From the NCBI GenBank assembly GCA_050613775.1, contig JBODTK010000113.1:124001-188000 (forward strand): a DNA stretch of 64,000 nt, read 5' to 3'. Shown one piece after another: positions 62,829 to 64,000 of the stretch (its first letter is position 1; each line of letters begins with the position of its first letter). A program made the translations under genes and the position numbers. Source of the DNA: Neocallimastix sp. 'constans' (lineage: Eukaryota). A model generated the notes under the pieces. That model saw nothing but the letters and a program-made list of their open reading frames with translations. It did not search any database and was not told the origin of the DNA.

Positions 62829-64000
62829 AAAAGAAAAATTAAAAATTAATAAAATATTATTTTTTTATTATTATTAAATATTTTATGAAAAAAGAAAAAA
62901 AAAAAAAAAAAAAAGAAATACACAAATAAAAACAAGTAAAAATGAAACTAATAATTTATTAAATATTTTATATAATTTCTTTCAGATAGACAATTCAAAC
63001 CCTAATCCATAAGGAGGTGAGGCTCGTTTTATATGAACTTTTTTCTAAATTTATTTATACACTTATTTTTGATTATTGCATTTTATTTCACGTTACTATT
63101 TCAATTATTATTATGTTCAAATTGGATAAATAATATTTATTTATTTTATTATTTTTTTTATTTTTTTTTTATTTTTTATTAAAATTTAAAGTATTCATTT
63201 TACATATAAAAGAATAAATAAATAAAGATTAAAGTTCACAATAATTACGGCTATAAAAAAAAAAAAATAAAATAAAACGAGATTAATTTACAAATAATAA
63301 AAATAATATAATTTATATAATTTTAAACATATTTAATTAACTTCATATTCTAACAGTAATTAAGTAAAATTTTTCTTAATAACGGTTTTGCATTTATTAT
63401 AGATTTTTTTATTAAAAAAAGTAAAAAAAAAATTGCCTTTATAAAAAAATACAGAAATGAAATTAAAATATATTAAATATTTAATATAATTTTTATTGGT
63501 AAATATTTTTTTTTTAAAAAAAAAAAGAATTATTATTTACTTAAACAAAGATATTACTAAACTTTACCATTAATTATTTTAATTAATATTATTTTTAAAT
63601 AAATATTAATTATTTGAAAAAATTTACTCTACCACTAATAATAATATTCTTATTTAATATTTATATTTATAATTAATAGATATATACATTTTGTTTATAC
63701 AATATATATTTTATTTTATTTTTTATTATTTTAGTGATTATTAGAATAAAAAAAAAGGTATAAAAGAAAGAAAAATTTTCATTTTTTTTGAACTTCAGAC
63801 TTTTAAAAAAATTAGAAAAGTTATTTAATTTATAAGAAAATTAAATATCTTTGATAATTCATATTAAAAAGAAATTGAAAAAGAAAAAAAGCCATTCAGG
63901 TAAAGAAGAAAGGAAAAAAAATCTTTATTAAGGAAATTTTATTTTAATTAAAAGTCTCATCTCTGGAATCTTTGAAAACCATTGGAAATGAATTAAAAGA
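58440..64000. repeat. Gene-free tandem array of a ~1.93-kb AT-rich unit, running to the window edge
   Basis: ATGGAATTAGATTCTATTC occurs at 59657 and 61588 (1931 bp apart). The marker AAAGTCTCAT..TGGAATCTT occurs at ~58463, ~59574, ~61505 and ~63951. Confidence 0.9.
62975..63270 (+). mobile_element. Short LINE 3'-end fragment (same family as copies 1 and 2) inserted into the tandem array
   Basis: Reverse-complement match to ~51600-51935 (TTTCAGATAG.CAATTCAAACCCTAATCCA...ATATGAACTTTTTTCT...TTTCACGTTACTATTTC), ending in an A-tail. Confidence 0.8.

Overview
Extremely AT-rich, intron-rich eukaryotic DNA. The composition, the flagellar genes and the secreted CAZyme style point to an anaerobic gut fungus (Neocallimastigomycota); this is an inference. 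I reconstructed 11 host protein genes by reading exons by hand: CFAP210/CCDC173 and RIB43A (head-to-head), TAP42, CCDC43, a DUF2011-like protein, a modular GH31 alpha-glucosidase, a FAM13-like RhoGAP, RPL27, an Sct1/Gpt2-type acyltransferase, TMEM18 and CTP synthase. The window also holds one intact single-ORF LINE, four 5'-truncated LINE 3' ends and a gene-free ~1.9-kb tandem-repeat array. Main observations: (1) a U12-type AT-AC minor-spliceosome intron in RPL27 with an unusually distant branch site; (2) a 1450-codon intronless frame (5 trefoils + CBM26-like module + GH31) broken only by one TGA where Trp is expected; (3) a 9-nt micro-exon that supplies the catalytic Asp of the acyltransferase; (4) a head-to-tail stack of LINE 3' ends; (5) frequent AAG acceptors behind poly(A) tracts. 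All family calls come from motif recognition by eye, not database searches.
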